Positions 49,301-62,883 of a stretch of DNA of 64,000 nt are shown one piece after another. The stretch is from assembly GCF_035594765.1 (NCBI RefSeq), contig NC_085846.1, positions 9,969,190 through 10,033,189 of the forward strand. Reading direction: 5' to 3'. The notes below the pieces were generated by a model. That model was not told the DNA's origin. It was given only the letters and a program-made list of their open reading frames with translations, and ran no database searches. This DNA is from Anolis carolinensis (lineage: Eukaryota). Each line of letters starts with the position of its first letter. Within the stretch, counting starts at the first letter, position 1. The translations under genes and the position numbers were made by a program.

Positions 49301-52300
49301 TTTCTCAAACTCCTTGCTCTTAGGGAAGCATTTTCGCCACTTTCCTCTTTGATTTTGTGCTGTTCTTCTAATGCTGATCTAATTCTTCTAATTCTTCTAA
49401 TCGTCTCAACAATACCAGCCCTGGCATTCAATTCAGAGCTTGGAAAGGTTGTCATTTGACTACTATAGCCCCCAGAATACCCCAGTCAGCACAAGCGTCT
49501 ATGGGGACAGGGATGGAGTTAATGTTTTACTGTACCTTTCAGCCTGTAAACTGGCCTCTTTGGCAACCAGGGCTGCTGAACTAGGAACGTAACGGGTGGC
49601 TAATCTGCATTAGGCGATCTGGTGGACATCCCTTCCTTTGTAGAACATGTCTTAAGAAGAATGGCAAGGGATCATTCTCGCAGGGATTATATCACGGAAG
49701 TTAATCGGATTAATCATAAAGAGAAAAGATCTAGGCTGGAAAGAATGTTCTAATGATATAAATAGATAGTTAGCAGTGCAAAATTACAAAGCTGGCTCTC
49801 TTCTCTCTTTCTCTTTTCCCCAGAATATCCCTTATCTGAAATCCTAAGAACTCCAAAATCAGCCACTTGGTTGGCTGAGACAGTGAAACCTTTGCTCTCT
49901 GATGGTTCAGTGTACACAAACCTTGTTCCATGCACAAAATTATTACAAATATTACAAATGTTGTGTATTAAATGACTTTCAGGCTTGGTATCTATATAGC
50001 ATAGATTGATTTCTTGCTTAGACTTGGGTCCTATCTCCAAGATATTTAATTATGTGTATGCAAGTATTAAAAAATCTGGAAAAAAAATCCGAAATATAGA
50101 ACGTTTCTTGCTCCAAGCATCCAAGAGAAAACCAACTTGTATCCCTTTTGCTGTTAAAATGGGTCTGAGAAGATAATATAATTATATAGGCCTTAATATT
50201 ACATTGGCTGGGCTTAGCACAGCCCATGCTGCAGAAAAGTCCTGCAAATCAAAAGGTCAGCAGTTCGAGTCTGGGTCGGGGTGAGCACCTGCTATTAGCC
50301 CCAGCTCATCTGCCCACCTAGCAGGTCAAAAGCAGAAATGTAAGTAGATAAATAGGTACTGCTTTTAGCGGGGAGGTAATAAAGGTGCCCTTAAGGACAT
50401 CCATTGGAAGAAAAGCACCTCGGCATGGAAGATGGAGTGGCAGCATTACACAGCCTCCAATATGCTGGAAATAAGATGGGAAAAACTGCCTTTACCTCTG
50501 TCTGTGTTGTCTGTCCTTGTTAATTGCATAATCTACATTGAATCTTTGCTGTATATGTGTTCTGTAAGCCGCTCTGAGTCCCCTTCGGGGTGAGAAGTGT
50601 GAGGTATAAATACTGTAATATTAATTAATTACTATTCTAGGACTGCATCTACACTGAGAATTAATACAGTTGGCTGCCACTTTGAGTGCCATAGGTCAAT
50701 GCTATAAAGTTCTGAGATTTGTAGTTTTGAGAAGTCAGCAGCACTTAGCAAAAAAAGACCTTGTAACATTACAACTGCCACGATTCCAAAGCATTGAGCC
50801 GTGGCAATGAAAATGATGTTAAACTGCATTCATTCTACAGTATAGATCTAGTCTGTCTATACATAAATCAGAGGCAGACTTGAAGACATACTGACATCGG
50901 CATCTCAATTTCAAGCATTGCACTAGAAACTTCAGTTGAGGATTTTCAACAACTAACTAGCACCATGTATTTTTTCATGCAGCTTTTAATACATTTTACT
51001 TAAAGATGCCAATATTTTATTTCCATCTATATCTTTCCCCACTGCTTGCTGTGTGCTACTTTTAATTCAGTTCTTGGAAAAAGTCGTAGATTAAATCGAG
51101 GAACCGGCTTCCTCGATCTCGTCACCTAGATTACCCCAGGGACTGAATTGTATTTACCAGGTCAAAGGCTTCCTTTAGCACTACAGCCCTTCTCAGCGGC
51201 AACATTCAACACCTCTCAGGTGCTTATCTTTTCCATCCAAACTCAAGGTTCTCCAGACAGCTGGCAATAGGGAGCCCAAATTCTGTTGGCTTCAAGACAT
51301 GCAAAGTTATCTTCTATTTTTGGCCTTATTTCCAGGGTTAGATGCCACTAGTCTGGTTTGTTTAGGAGGACTTGCCAAATGTAACCAGCTATCCAGTGGT
51401 GTGAAAAGGTCCATTTGTGTTAGTGACCTTGTTGGGCATGTTTTGCATTTGCTTTACAGTTTGGGAAAAAATATCAAGACTAGAAGTGGATTTTCCTTTG
51501 TTGATGAACAGCTTGCAAACTGTTGGAAGGAAATGGGTCATATGTTGGTTTGCTTTGATTGCTTCTGCAATATACAGTAGAGTCTCACTTATCCAACATA
51601 AACGGGCCGGCAGAATGTTGGATAAGTGAATATGTTGGATAATAAGGAGGGATTAGGGAAAAGCCTATTAAACATCAAAATTATGATTTTACAAATTAAG
51701 CACCAAAACATCATGTTATACAACAAATCTGACAGAAAAAGTAGTTCAATACGCAGTAATGCTATGTAGTAATTATTGTATTTACGAATTTAGCACCAAA
51801 ATATCACGATGCATTGAAAACATTGACTACAAAAATGCGTTGGATAATCCAGAACGTTGGATAAGCGAGGCTTGGATAAGTGAGACTCTACTGTACAACA
51901 ATTTTGATGGGGAACTTGTCATGGTTTGCAAAGATACTACAGTATATGTGCGTTAACTGGAAAATAAATGCATGAAGCCGATTGGCTGAGTTTGCAAAGA
52001 TCTGAGAATCGGTTTGCAACTGTTGCTATCCTGCTGCTGGAGAACCAGTTTGAATAGGTTTCTTTCTGATTGTATGTGAGTCTTCTGAGTACTGGCTGGA
52101 AAGAAGATGGCTCTGTACTCAGAGAGGCCTGACTATTTCTGAGGCCTTATTTCTGAGGCCTTCATTGAAGCAGGTTTATGGACTAAAGATAGGACTGTTC
52201 ATGACTGCTGATTTCTGTAAGCAATGAGAGGGACTATTGTGAATACCATTGTTCTGTTGATCTCTTGGATTCAGTAAAAGTTCCTGTGTTCAAGCTGAGT

Positions 52301-54529
52301 GGTGCATCATTCTGCAGGGTGATTCTGGGCTTATGGGCACACGTAAGAGCTTCCATCTATCATCCACAATCTCCAACAGAACTTCGACATTGACAAAGGG
52401 TGAGTCCAAGGGTGCGTCTACAACAGGCATGGGCAAACTTGGGCCCTCCAGGTGTTTTGGACTTCAACTCCCACCATTCCTAACAGCCGGTAGGCTGTTA
52501 GGAATGGTGGGAGTTGAAGTCCAAAACACCTGGAGGGCCCAAGTTTGCCCATGCATAATCTACACTCTAGAATTAATGTAGTTTGACACCACTTCCACTT
52601 TGACTGCCATGGCTCCATCTATGGACTCCTCGGAGTTGTAGTTTTACAACGTCTTTCGCCTTCACTGCGTAAGAGAGAACAATGGTGATTTACTCAGCCA
52701 GTTCATTGGAACTGTGAAAAAATATCTTTAGAAAAGGAAGGAAGGAGGAAACAATATAATCTGTTTGAAACTCCTCTCTAATCTTATTGAAAATGTGTTT
52801 GCTGAGTACACAGCCTTCAGACACATTGATCGACCTGTGTGTGTATGAGTTGGGTTCTGTTGAATAGTAACGTCTTGGAATTTCCAAGTAATTCTTTCTT
52901 TAAACATAACTAGAGCTGCTCGATGTTCTTCCCTGTATGTACAGTAGAGTCTCACTTATCCAAAATTCGCTTATCCAACGTTCTGGATTATCCAACGCAT
53001 TTTTGTAGTCAATGTTTTCAATACATCATGATATTTTGGTGCTAAATTCATAAATACAGTAATTACTACGTAGCATTACTGCATATTGAATGACATTTTC
53101 TATCAAATTTGTTGTATAACATAATGTTCTGGTGCTTAATTTGTAAAATCATAACCTAATTTGATGTTTAATAGGCTTCTCCTTAATTTCTCCTTGTTAT
53201 CCAACATATTCGCTTATCCAACGTTCTGCTGGCCCGTTTATGTTGGATAAGTGAGACTCTACTGTACTTTTAAAATAAAAGGCAAATAAAATAATACAAA
53301 TCAAGAAGCAACATTTTGCCCTTCTTGTTTTCCCCTTCATACTGTGTATAAATGTAATTTTTGTGTTATTGATAGGACAAAGATATGGCAATTTAATCCA
53401 GGGTTGCTGTGAGTTTTCCGAACTGTATGGCCATGTTCCAGAAGCATTGCCTCCTGACGTTTCACCCACGTTTATAGCAGGCATCTTCAGAGGTTGTGAG
53501 GTGTTGGAAACTAGGCAAGTGGGTTTTATATATATATGTGGCATGTCCAGAGTGGAAGAAAGAACTCTTATCTGTTTAAGGCAAGTGTGAATGTTGCAGT
53601 TGGCCAGCTTGATTAGCATTGAATAGCCTTGTAACTTAAGCTTAAGATATATAAACTTCATTTTCCTAGTTTCCAAGAGATCTCACAATATCTGAAGATG
53701 ACTGCCGTAGATGTGAGTGAAATGCCAGGAGAGAATGCTTCTGGAACATGGCCAGACAGCCCGGAAAACTCACAGCAACCCTGTGATTCGGGCCATGAAA
53801 GCCTTCGACAGCGCAATTTAATCCATCTTTAAACTTTCATGGCTCCATCCTACAGAATACTGGGATTTGTAGTTTGGATAGGTAGATTCCCAATGCAGTA
53901 TTTCATCGGAGTGCATTGAAATTCTCTAGCACAGAGTTCTCAGTTCCTTCATTGCACTATAAATCCCAAAATTCCATGGGGCAGAACCATAGTTATTAAA
54001 GTGGTATTGTAAAATTATAACTGAGCAATGCAGGTACGCCCGTTAGATTTCATCTCTCAAAAGCGATCCCCTTTTTGAGACATCACATGTTATACAAGTG
54101 TGTCCATTATATTCATTCATGAGATATAGTCAGCAAGATGTTAAGCCCATTATATATGGGGGAAGATCCTGAATTTGTTCTACTAAACCAGTGGTTCTCA
54201 GATGTTTTGGCCTTCAACTCCCAGAAATCCTAACAGATGGTAAACTGGCTGGGATTTCTGGGAGTTGTAGGCCAAAACACGTGAGGACCCACATGTTGAG
54301 AACCACTGTACTAAGAAGAATGAATTAGGCAGCATTCAATAGAATACCATCTCAAAATAGTTGTAGCTGCAGCCTTTAAAAAGTGTCACCTTCTGGCTGT
54401 GCTGAGTTACAAATCCCATAATATCAGCCATTTGGGCTGAGTGGTGGGAAGCACCAAGTACTGAAAAATGAGTAACCAAAGAGAAAAATATAGTGATATT
54501 TTCCAGGTGATGGGGTGGTGGTATCTCAC

Positions 54530-54750
54530 GGTGCATCTATATTGGAGAATTAATGCAATTTCACATCACTTTAGCTGCCATGGCTCAATGCTGTGGAATT
54601 ATGGGAGCTGTAGTTTCACAAGGTCTTTAATCTTTTCTGCGAAAGAGTGTTGGTCCTGGACAAAATTCAAATTCTAGGATTCCATAGCATTGAGCCCATT
54701 ATCATTAAAGGAGTGCCGAACTGCATTAATTCTATAATGTAGATGGGCTC
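54530..54750. repeat. Older palindromic MITE family (GGTGCATCTACAC...GTAGATGCACC); many decayed copies (1-135, 2870-3013, 17290-17482, 20480-20678, 21493-21676, 28780-28962, 50640-50848, 52410-52670)
   Basis: Recurrent AGAATTAATGCAGTTTGACACCACTTTAACTGCCATGGCTCAATGC arms in inverted orientation. Confidence 0.7.
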
Positions 54751-55234
54751 CTGGTCTCTCTCCTTTCCAACGTTCCACTTGGCTGAACATTATTAGCTTT
54801 TCCAATGAATCCAGTTACAGTAGAGTCTCACTTATCCGATATAAACGGGCCGCCAGAACGTTGGATAAGCGAAAATGTTGGATAATAAGGAGGGATTAAG
54901 GAAAAGCCTATTAAATGTCAAATTACATTACGATTTTACAAATTATGCATCAAAACATGTTTTACAATAAATTGACAGAAAAAGCAGTTCAATACATGGT
55001 AGTGTTATGTAGTCATGACTGTATTTACAAATTTAGCACCAAAACATTGCAATGTATTGAAAACATTGACTAAAAAAATGGCTACTAACAAATTGACTAC
55101 AAATAAAGATAGAATTGCATAAAATGAACTTACAGTAACAACATTGTCAGATATTAAATCCATAAAATGAGGGTGTTCAGGGGGAAAATTAATAGATCTG
55201 ATTTTGATTTATACTGGTCAGTTTTTATTAAATA

Positions 55235-55836
55235 CTAGCTGTGCCCGGCCACGCGTTGCTGTGGCAATGGTGGGATGGGAAATAAAGTATTGAGGAATTG
55301 GTGGTAGTTGAGGTAAAGGGTAAAGGTTTTCTCCTGACATTAAGTCCAGTCGTGTCTGACTCAGGGGGTTGGTGGTCACCTCCATTTCTAAGCCAAAGAG
55401 CCAGCGTTGTCTGTAGAGTCCTCCAAGGTCATGTGGGTAAAAGCAGATAATATAAGATTATAAATGGGTTATATAGATGTGGAAGGGCCTTGAGTCTACA
55501 CTGCCATATAATCCAGGGCAAATTAGATAATCTGTGGAAGAGGCCTAAGTGAGGCCTAAGTCTGCCTGTCCCCTAACTGAACCCTGGCTGTCCCTTGGCT
55601 GAATTGGTTACTAGGAGACCAAGTGGGCAGAGATTAGCCCTCTAAACTGGCAGCCATTGGATAAAAACAATTATTGCTCTCCCTCTAATTAGGACTTTAT
55701 TTTTCTTTTCTTTTTTTGTTGTATCAACCTAGAGGCGTGGATGATGGGTTGTGTTGTCAAATTTCGAGGTTGGGGGGCCTGTAGTTTTGTTGTTTTGTGG
55801 GTCGCCGTGATGTCATCACTCATTTATATATATAGA
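55235..55836 (-). mobile_element. Non-autonomous Helitron (same family)
   Basis: ctagctgtgcccggccacgcgttgc at the left end and ...tatatataga at the right end, inserted between A and T. Confidence 0.85.
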
Positions 55837-58800
55837 TGTTCTTGAAAGTGAAAAAGTAAAACAATACAACCTTGTTGGTCAGGAATTTTGGATATGACAT
55901 TGGTTTAATGGTAGAATTATAAATTTTATGGTAAATGAAATGATGCTTGTTCAGGCCTTGGTGGTGGAGTTGTTGTTTGTAAAATGTTCGCTGTTTTTTT
56001 TCTTCTGTTTCACTGTAAGTTATTAATGTATGTAAATATAAATAAATAAATAAACTTTAAAAGATATTACATCCATAAGAAGTTCAGTCCTTGCTGCCTA
56101 GAGAAACAGCTGTGGATTCAGGTGGGAGGCAAACTGTGTTGGATAATCCAGAATGTTGGATAAGCGAATATTGGATAAGTGAGACTCTACTGTATATATC
56201 ACTACATGACCAAATTTCAACAGCTTCCATTTAGCCAACTAGGTTGAGGCTTGATTCTAGGGCCATTTGTTGGGCTTTTTCGTAATCCATCGTATCTGCA
56301 GAACTTCTCTCTAGCACATTTCAAATGAGTTGATTTTCTTCCCATTACCTTTCTTCACTGTCCAGTTTTCACAACCATGCATAGAAATGGGGCTGCTTAG
56401 ACCAAGCATGGGCAAACTTCAGCCCTCCAGGTGTTTCCCACAGTTGCGGTTTCAAGAGGTAATAAAATAAATCAAATGTGTCAAGCGCTGAAAGTTATGA
56501 AGCCAGCCATTGTCCTTCAGCCTTCCCAGAATAACAAGGGCTTATTTAGGAGTAAACTACACTGAACATGTGGGGAGAAGTTCTGGGTACATCTGTCATT
56601 CCTTATCACACGCTGTTCTCTCTTGCATTTCCAAGAAAGCCTTGGGGAAAAAAAAACTCTGGGTATACTGGGCTTTTGCCTCCTTCCAGTGCTCTGGAGT
56701 AGACCTGAGACAATGATTCTAACGAAACATGATTCTGGGGATACTGGGATTTCCTCTCAATGTCGATATTCTTCATTTAAGTCTGAAACTTAAAAAGCTA
56801 GCATTACAGATAGGAAAAACAAAGGTATTTTGAAATGTTGGTATTTCAAATGATTTAATTAATTTTTTTTTTAAAAATTACCATGCCAGGCTCCTAAAGC
56901 AGGATTTGGGAGAGAAATGTCAAAGCTTGGTAGGAGCCTACCCATAGAATTGTTCATTACTTCACATCACTGAAGCGATTTAACAGATCTCATCCCATGT
57001 GTTTTTGCTGTTTTCTCCAGTTATATATTGATTCCTAATCATCTTCTTTTCCCCTTCTGAGACATTTTCCTAACTATTTAGGGTTGGGCTCTAGCACAGT
57101 AGGTTAAACCATCAGCTGCAGTAAATCTTGTCAGCTGAGAGGTTGACAGTTCGAAACCTGGGTCAGGGTGAGCTCCTGACCTTTAGCCCAGCTCCTGCCT
57201 ACCTAGCGGTTTGAAAACAAAATATGAGAAGATAAATAGGGACTGCTTAAAAGCGGGGAGGTATTAAAGTACCCATAAGGAAATGCTGTTGATCTGATCA
57301 AAAGGAGGAAGTTATGAATAAAGCTCTCCGGCACAAGCCTTCAAGGTGCCGAAGATGGGAAAAGCCTATATACTTCTACCTATGTTTAATTGCCTGTCTT
57401 GTCTGTGTATAAAAGCGGCATTGAATGTTTGCCCCATATGAATGTTCTGTGATCCGCCCTGAGTCCCCTTCACAGTGAGAAGGGTGCAATATAAATACGG
57501 TAAATAAATAAATAAATGATGGGCACAGACAGGAAGTCCTGCTCTGACGTGAGAAAGGCTCCATCATACATTGTTATTTTTCGTTTTCAAAGTGTTTAGA
57601 AATTGGGGGCCAGGCAGCGTGGGATAAGGTTCTAAGAATAATCGGGAAAGGGGAAAGTTAATTTCCTCCCACTTCTTCTCCTTTGTTCCTGGTTTATTCA
57701 ATCGCTGCAAATGGAGTACAAAGTGGAGCAGTCTGTTTGCATGCCAATAACTCAGCAAGAGGGAGAGGATGAAGCGGAGTTTTGCCTTTCCCTAAGAGAC
57801 TTAGTCAAAAGCAAACTCCTGCAGCCTCTGCTAGCTCTTGTGTTGGTCCTCATGAGGAACATCTGAAATTTTGACCACTCTTTGGTCTCGCATCTCCATT
57901 TCCATCCATGAAATATTTGAGGGTGTGTAGAACCCATCCTACGTGAGTATATTGAAGGCAGGCATGCAATACTCCAGTGCAACCGTGGTGGGACCTCCCA
58001 ACTGGCCATTGACCCTGAATAGCTTTCAGCAGGGTTGTTCCATCACCTGACTTTGGACTATGTCCTGAACCTGAGCATCCAGTCCTTTGGCTTGAGGCTT
58101 CTGTTCAGGAATGTGCCCTGCGCTCTTGCCACAGGCTTTGATTGATGGCTGGAACACCCCGCAGCCTGCCCCATGCTGGGAGGTGTTCGGCATCATCATC
58201 TTCTCCCATTTCCAAGCTTCGGGGGAGCCAAGGCCTCTTGACAGGAGAGAAAGCTTTTCACCTGATACTGCTGGTCAAGCTGTCTAGTTGCCAGGAGTGG
58301 GCGGTCTGGAATCTTTCCCTTTCTGACGGAAGAGCTCAGTGGGCACAAACTCCATTACCCCCAAGGCATGGATCTCATCCCAGCCGTCCCTCTTGAACCT
58401 TTGGACTTGAAAAAATGATGAAGAAAGGGGATCTGAACTCTTTCGTATGAGCCATAAGTGGGTGGCGTCGGCTAGAGGTAGAAAAAAAAGTTCTTGGCAT
58501 CTGAATTCAGTGTCTTCAGCAAGTCCATATTTGGTCATTTTAAAGACACTTCCAGGTTTCTTGTCCCTAGATTGGTTTTGGACGTGGGTTGTCACACAGT
58601 GTGGTGTGGGTTTTTTGAGTATTAGACTATATCTCTGGAGGCCAGGGTTCGAATCCCCTTTCAGCTGGGAAAAACCACTGGGTGAGCTTGGCCAAATCAT
58701 TTACTCTCAGGCCCAGAAAACCTCAAGGTAGGTTCACTTTAGGGTTGTCTTAAGTCAGAAATGACTCGAAGACTCACAATTAAAACACTGTAAATACATC

Positions 58801-59792
58801 AACCTAAATCAGGCATGGGCAAACTTCGGCCCTCCATGTGTTTCGAACTTCAACTCCCACAATTCCTAACAGCCAGTTTATGGTATGGTATAGTATGGGG
58901 TATAAAATTAGTTTGGCCTACTTTTACTACTAACCCTCAAGCAACTAGAAACTACATTTATCCAGTATCTATCAATTCCCATGGATAGATACTGGTTAAC
59001 TAAGAGTGTACTGTGTTTGCAAGTTGCAGCAAACATTGAGTGAAGCCTTGCTTAGCGTTGCAAGCTGCTGCTCTCCTATGGGAGGACAAACTGGGAATGT
59101 CAAGGTATTCTCCTGTCTCCGCTTTGTTTGCTCTTTTGTCCCACTAGAAGAGTGATGGGATATTTCCACTTATTAATTAATCCTCACACATAAACACTAT
59201 ACAATAAAGCCTCTATCTGCGGGGACAGGTTTCCCATCCGTAGCAGGCAATTTACTAGCTTGTTTCCTTCTTTGTGTTCTGGCTCCCGACAAACACTGGT
59301 TTTTTTCCATTCCATTTTCAGTTTCCTCCACAGCCTGTCTCTCAGGACCACTTTGCACAGATCCAGTTTCTCCCTTCCCTTCATCCACGTGGACCCCACC
59401 CTGCAGCCTCCCTGGCTGCCCCTTTCCTGTTTTCCCCAAAGCCCAGCTTTGCATTGCCTTTTGATTTTGATCTGTTTCCTTAGAACATAAATCATGCGTC
59501 ACATGTCATATTATATATCTTTTCCAAATCAGGGACGACCACCTCCCTTCCCCCTAATCACTCTCTGGAGGGCTATTGAATTTGTCTTTCTTATCAATGC
59601 AGGGACTGAAATGGGAAACTTCTCCCAGGCCAAAAGGGCCACCTATGTGCAATCCACAGCCATCTTCGGATAAGTGTAAAGCTTAGGAAAGCTATTTTTA
59701 GGCAGAATTAGGATTCCTAGAAATTCCCAGCATGGAGACAGGGGATTTCGGGAAGCGGAGTAACAGTTCCAAGCTCAGTTATGATGATGAGA

Positions 59793-60123
59793 AACTGTCA
59801 TGAGGAATCTAAAACTAAAAGTAACTTTCCCAAGACAACTGGGTCAGGGCTAGTATTAAAACTGGTAACTCAGGCCAGATCTATGGGCCCTTCCACACAG
59901 CCCTATATCCCAGAATATCAAGGCAGAAAATCCACAATATCTGCTTTGAATTGGGTTATTTGAGTCCACACTCAGATAATGTGGGATTTTCTGCCTTGAT
60001 ATTCTGGGATGTAGGGCTGTCTGGAAGGGCCCATAGATCCGGCCTGAGTTACCAATTTTAATACTAGCCCTGACCCAGTGTCTTGGGAAAGTTACTTTTA
60101 GTTTTAGATTCCTCATGACAGTT
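59793..60123. repeat. ~330-bp palindrome: PIF-like MITE plus ~90-bp inverted-duplicated flanks
   Basis: 59793-59884 is the near-exact reverse complement of 60033-60123. Confidence 0.9.
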
Positions 60124-61252
60124 GCCCTATATCCCAGGATCTGATCCCAGATTATCTAATGATCTGGCAGTGTAGACTTATATAATCAAACCAGATAATC
60201 TAGGATCAGATCTTGGGATATAGTGAAGATCCAGGCCTAAACGCTTTCAATTCCATATCAGTCAATCAATCTGCACTACATTGTTACATCAGTTTCATGC
60301 TACAAATCCTAGGATTCCATAGGGTTAGCTCTGCCAATTAAAGTGATATCAAACTGCTATTCTTAGAGTTTTAATGCATGCTTCATTTTCTCTTTTTGGA
60401 AGCTCAAACTACCTTGTCTGGGCCGAGACATAATAACATGTTAGTTGGCTAGTTACACATTGAATTTACACTCTGCTTTCCTTCCTAAGACTTGTGCTCC
60501 ATAGGGATATATAATATGCAATCAGGTTACGTAAGGGGATGCAATACAGAAACACATTATGTAATTTCTGGCAAATCTGCTGCCTTAACCCCGCAGCCTC
60601 AATGTTTATATCCCTGAGTTTGGATTGGAGTCAAGTTTTGTTCATTAGAGTTAGAGCATTGGACAAGTTCAAATCCCTGCCACACCATGAAGAAGTTACG
60701 CTCTCTTGGCTTCAGAGGAAGGCAAGGGCAAACCCACTCGTGAAAAGATCAATTGGTTCAGCAGGAAGGGGAGGAGAAGAGGGGTAGAATCATACCCTTC
60801 CTATTTGTGCTGTTAGCTGGCCTTGAGTTTGAATTATGGCAGCCTTATGAATTGGAGACTTTTAAGTCCTCTATCATCAACTGTGCTGCTCAGTCTTGCA
60901 AACCCAAAGCTATCTGGAATATAATCTTCCTCTTTTCCTACTACTTTCTACTTTACCAATAGCAATTGTCTCTTGTAGTGAGTCATATCTTCTCATGATA
61001 TGTCCAAAGTGCAACAGTTTAGTCACCTTAGTTTCAAAATTGAGAGTTCATGCTTGATTTGCTCCAGAGCTCATTTATTGGCCCCTTTACCAGTCAACAG
61101 TGTCCACATGACTCTTTTCCAGCACCACATCTCAACTGAATTGATTTTCTTCATATCTGCTTTCTTCACTATCCAGCTTCCTAGTACACTCGTGACAAAG
61201 CAAACTGCTGCAGCCTCTCCTATCTTGTCTGTTTTTCCTAGTTAATAACATT

Positions 61253-62883
61253 TGTCATATTGACCATACTTTGTTGTTACTTGGCCACATATGGACTGGT
61301 TTTTGTTGCACTCTAGCACTGAAACACTTTTTCACCCACCACCACACAGAGTCCAGTAGTTCTATCTAAAAATGTTTATTGAAGAAAGCAGGTAAAAAGG
61401 GAAAAGGGGCATATCCAAAAGGATCAGAAGACTAGAAAATGCAAAATAGCAGTAATCCAAAAATGCCAAAGTACATAAAATCAAGAGGACCAAAATCCAC
61501 AGCAGTATTTCAAACATAAATCCATAAAAAAGAAATCAAGAACTTTTCCAAGGCAAACCCTTCAAGGAAACAAAGGCATGGACCAGACAGGAAACTTGAA
61601 TATACTTGAATCATGAACTTGAGAGCAGAGACAGGAGAGCCATCCTGTATGGCAACATTGTCTCCTCTGAGAGGTGTGAAGCGAACACCACTTAATTTAA
61701 ACCTATCCAAGTAGCCATGAGATCATGCCGAACGCGCCTGGACTTCAAGGTGTTATCACGGATTCGCTGAGAACGTCTGATTAGTCTATTTTTCACTCCC
61801 CCTGTTCTCAGACCTAATCTGGCTTATTGGGAAAACTCTCCATTGGCTGAAGGCTGTTTCTCAAGAGAATTGGGATTTTCACTTTCCCCGGATGCCTGGG
61901 AACGAGCCCAGGAATCCAAAACATCAGTCACATCTGCCTGCAATGCTCTCCTAACCAGAGCCGGCCCTAGGTATTTTTCAAGTGTAGGCGAACAGAATTT
62001 TGGCGCCCCCCCCCAAACCAATCACTGAAAAATAAAAGCGTTGGATAAGCGAAAATGTTGGATAATAAGGAAGTATAAAGGAAAAGCCTATAAAACATCA
62101 AATTACATTATTATTTTAAAAATTAAGCACCAAAACATCATGTTTTACAACAAATCAATAGAAAAAGCAGTTCAATACATGGTAATGTTATGTAGGAATT
62201 ACTATATTTGCAAATTTAGCACTAAACATTGAACAGGGATATAGGGCAGTGTGGACTTAGATAACCCAGATAGCCCTCAGTATTAAAAAAAAAACCTCTA
62301 AAATCAGGACAATAAATAAAGAACAACACTCTGAAAACAGAAGAAATCCAGACAGTAAACAATCAGGGACAGCTAACTCCTCCCAAAAAAAGATTCTCCC
62401 AGGCAAGAAGAAGCCAGGCCTTGAAGCCACAGGGCCATTAAATGCTAATCAAGGTGATTAATTACAACATTCACACCTGCTTCAAAGAAAAGTTCTTTCT
62501 CCCACCCTGGACCTTCTACAGATATATAAACCCCACATACCTAGCTTCCAAGTTTCTACAGACCTCACAATCTCTGAAGGCCCCAAAGGTGGGCTTGCGT
62601 GGTGCGAAGGTGGGTCTGCGCCGGCTGGAAGGCCCAGCGCGGCCGCTGGAAGGCCCGAAAGAGAAGGAGGTGGAGAGTGGTGCCCTCCTCCCAGGACGAT
62701 GGTGCCCCTGGGACGATGGCGCCACAGGCAAATGCCTATTTCGCCTTATGGTTGGACCGCCTCTGCTCCTAACATTGACAGACTCTTCACTTTGATACCC
62801 CTTGTTCTCTGAAATGTCTGAAAAATCCTCAGCCACTTGCTGAACTACAACAGTTTTCATATTGGATGGTATGGGGCACAACA
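61253..62883. mobile_element. Probable solo LTR, interrupted by the hAT element at 61956-62765
   Basis: TGTCA...CACAACA ends and TTTATT near the left end. No clear TSD. Confidence 0.35.
61956..62765. mobile_element. Non-autonomous hAT element containing fragments of other transposons
   Basis: TIR CAGAGCCGGCC / GGACCGCCTCTG; 8-bp TSD CTCCTAAC at 61948-61955 and 62766-62773. Confidence 0.85.
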
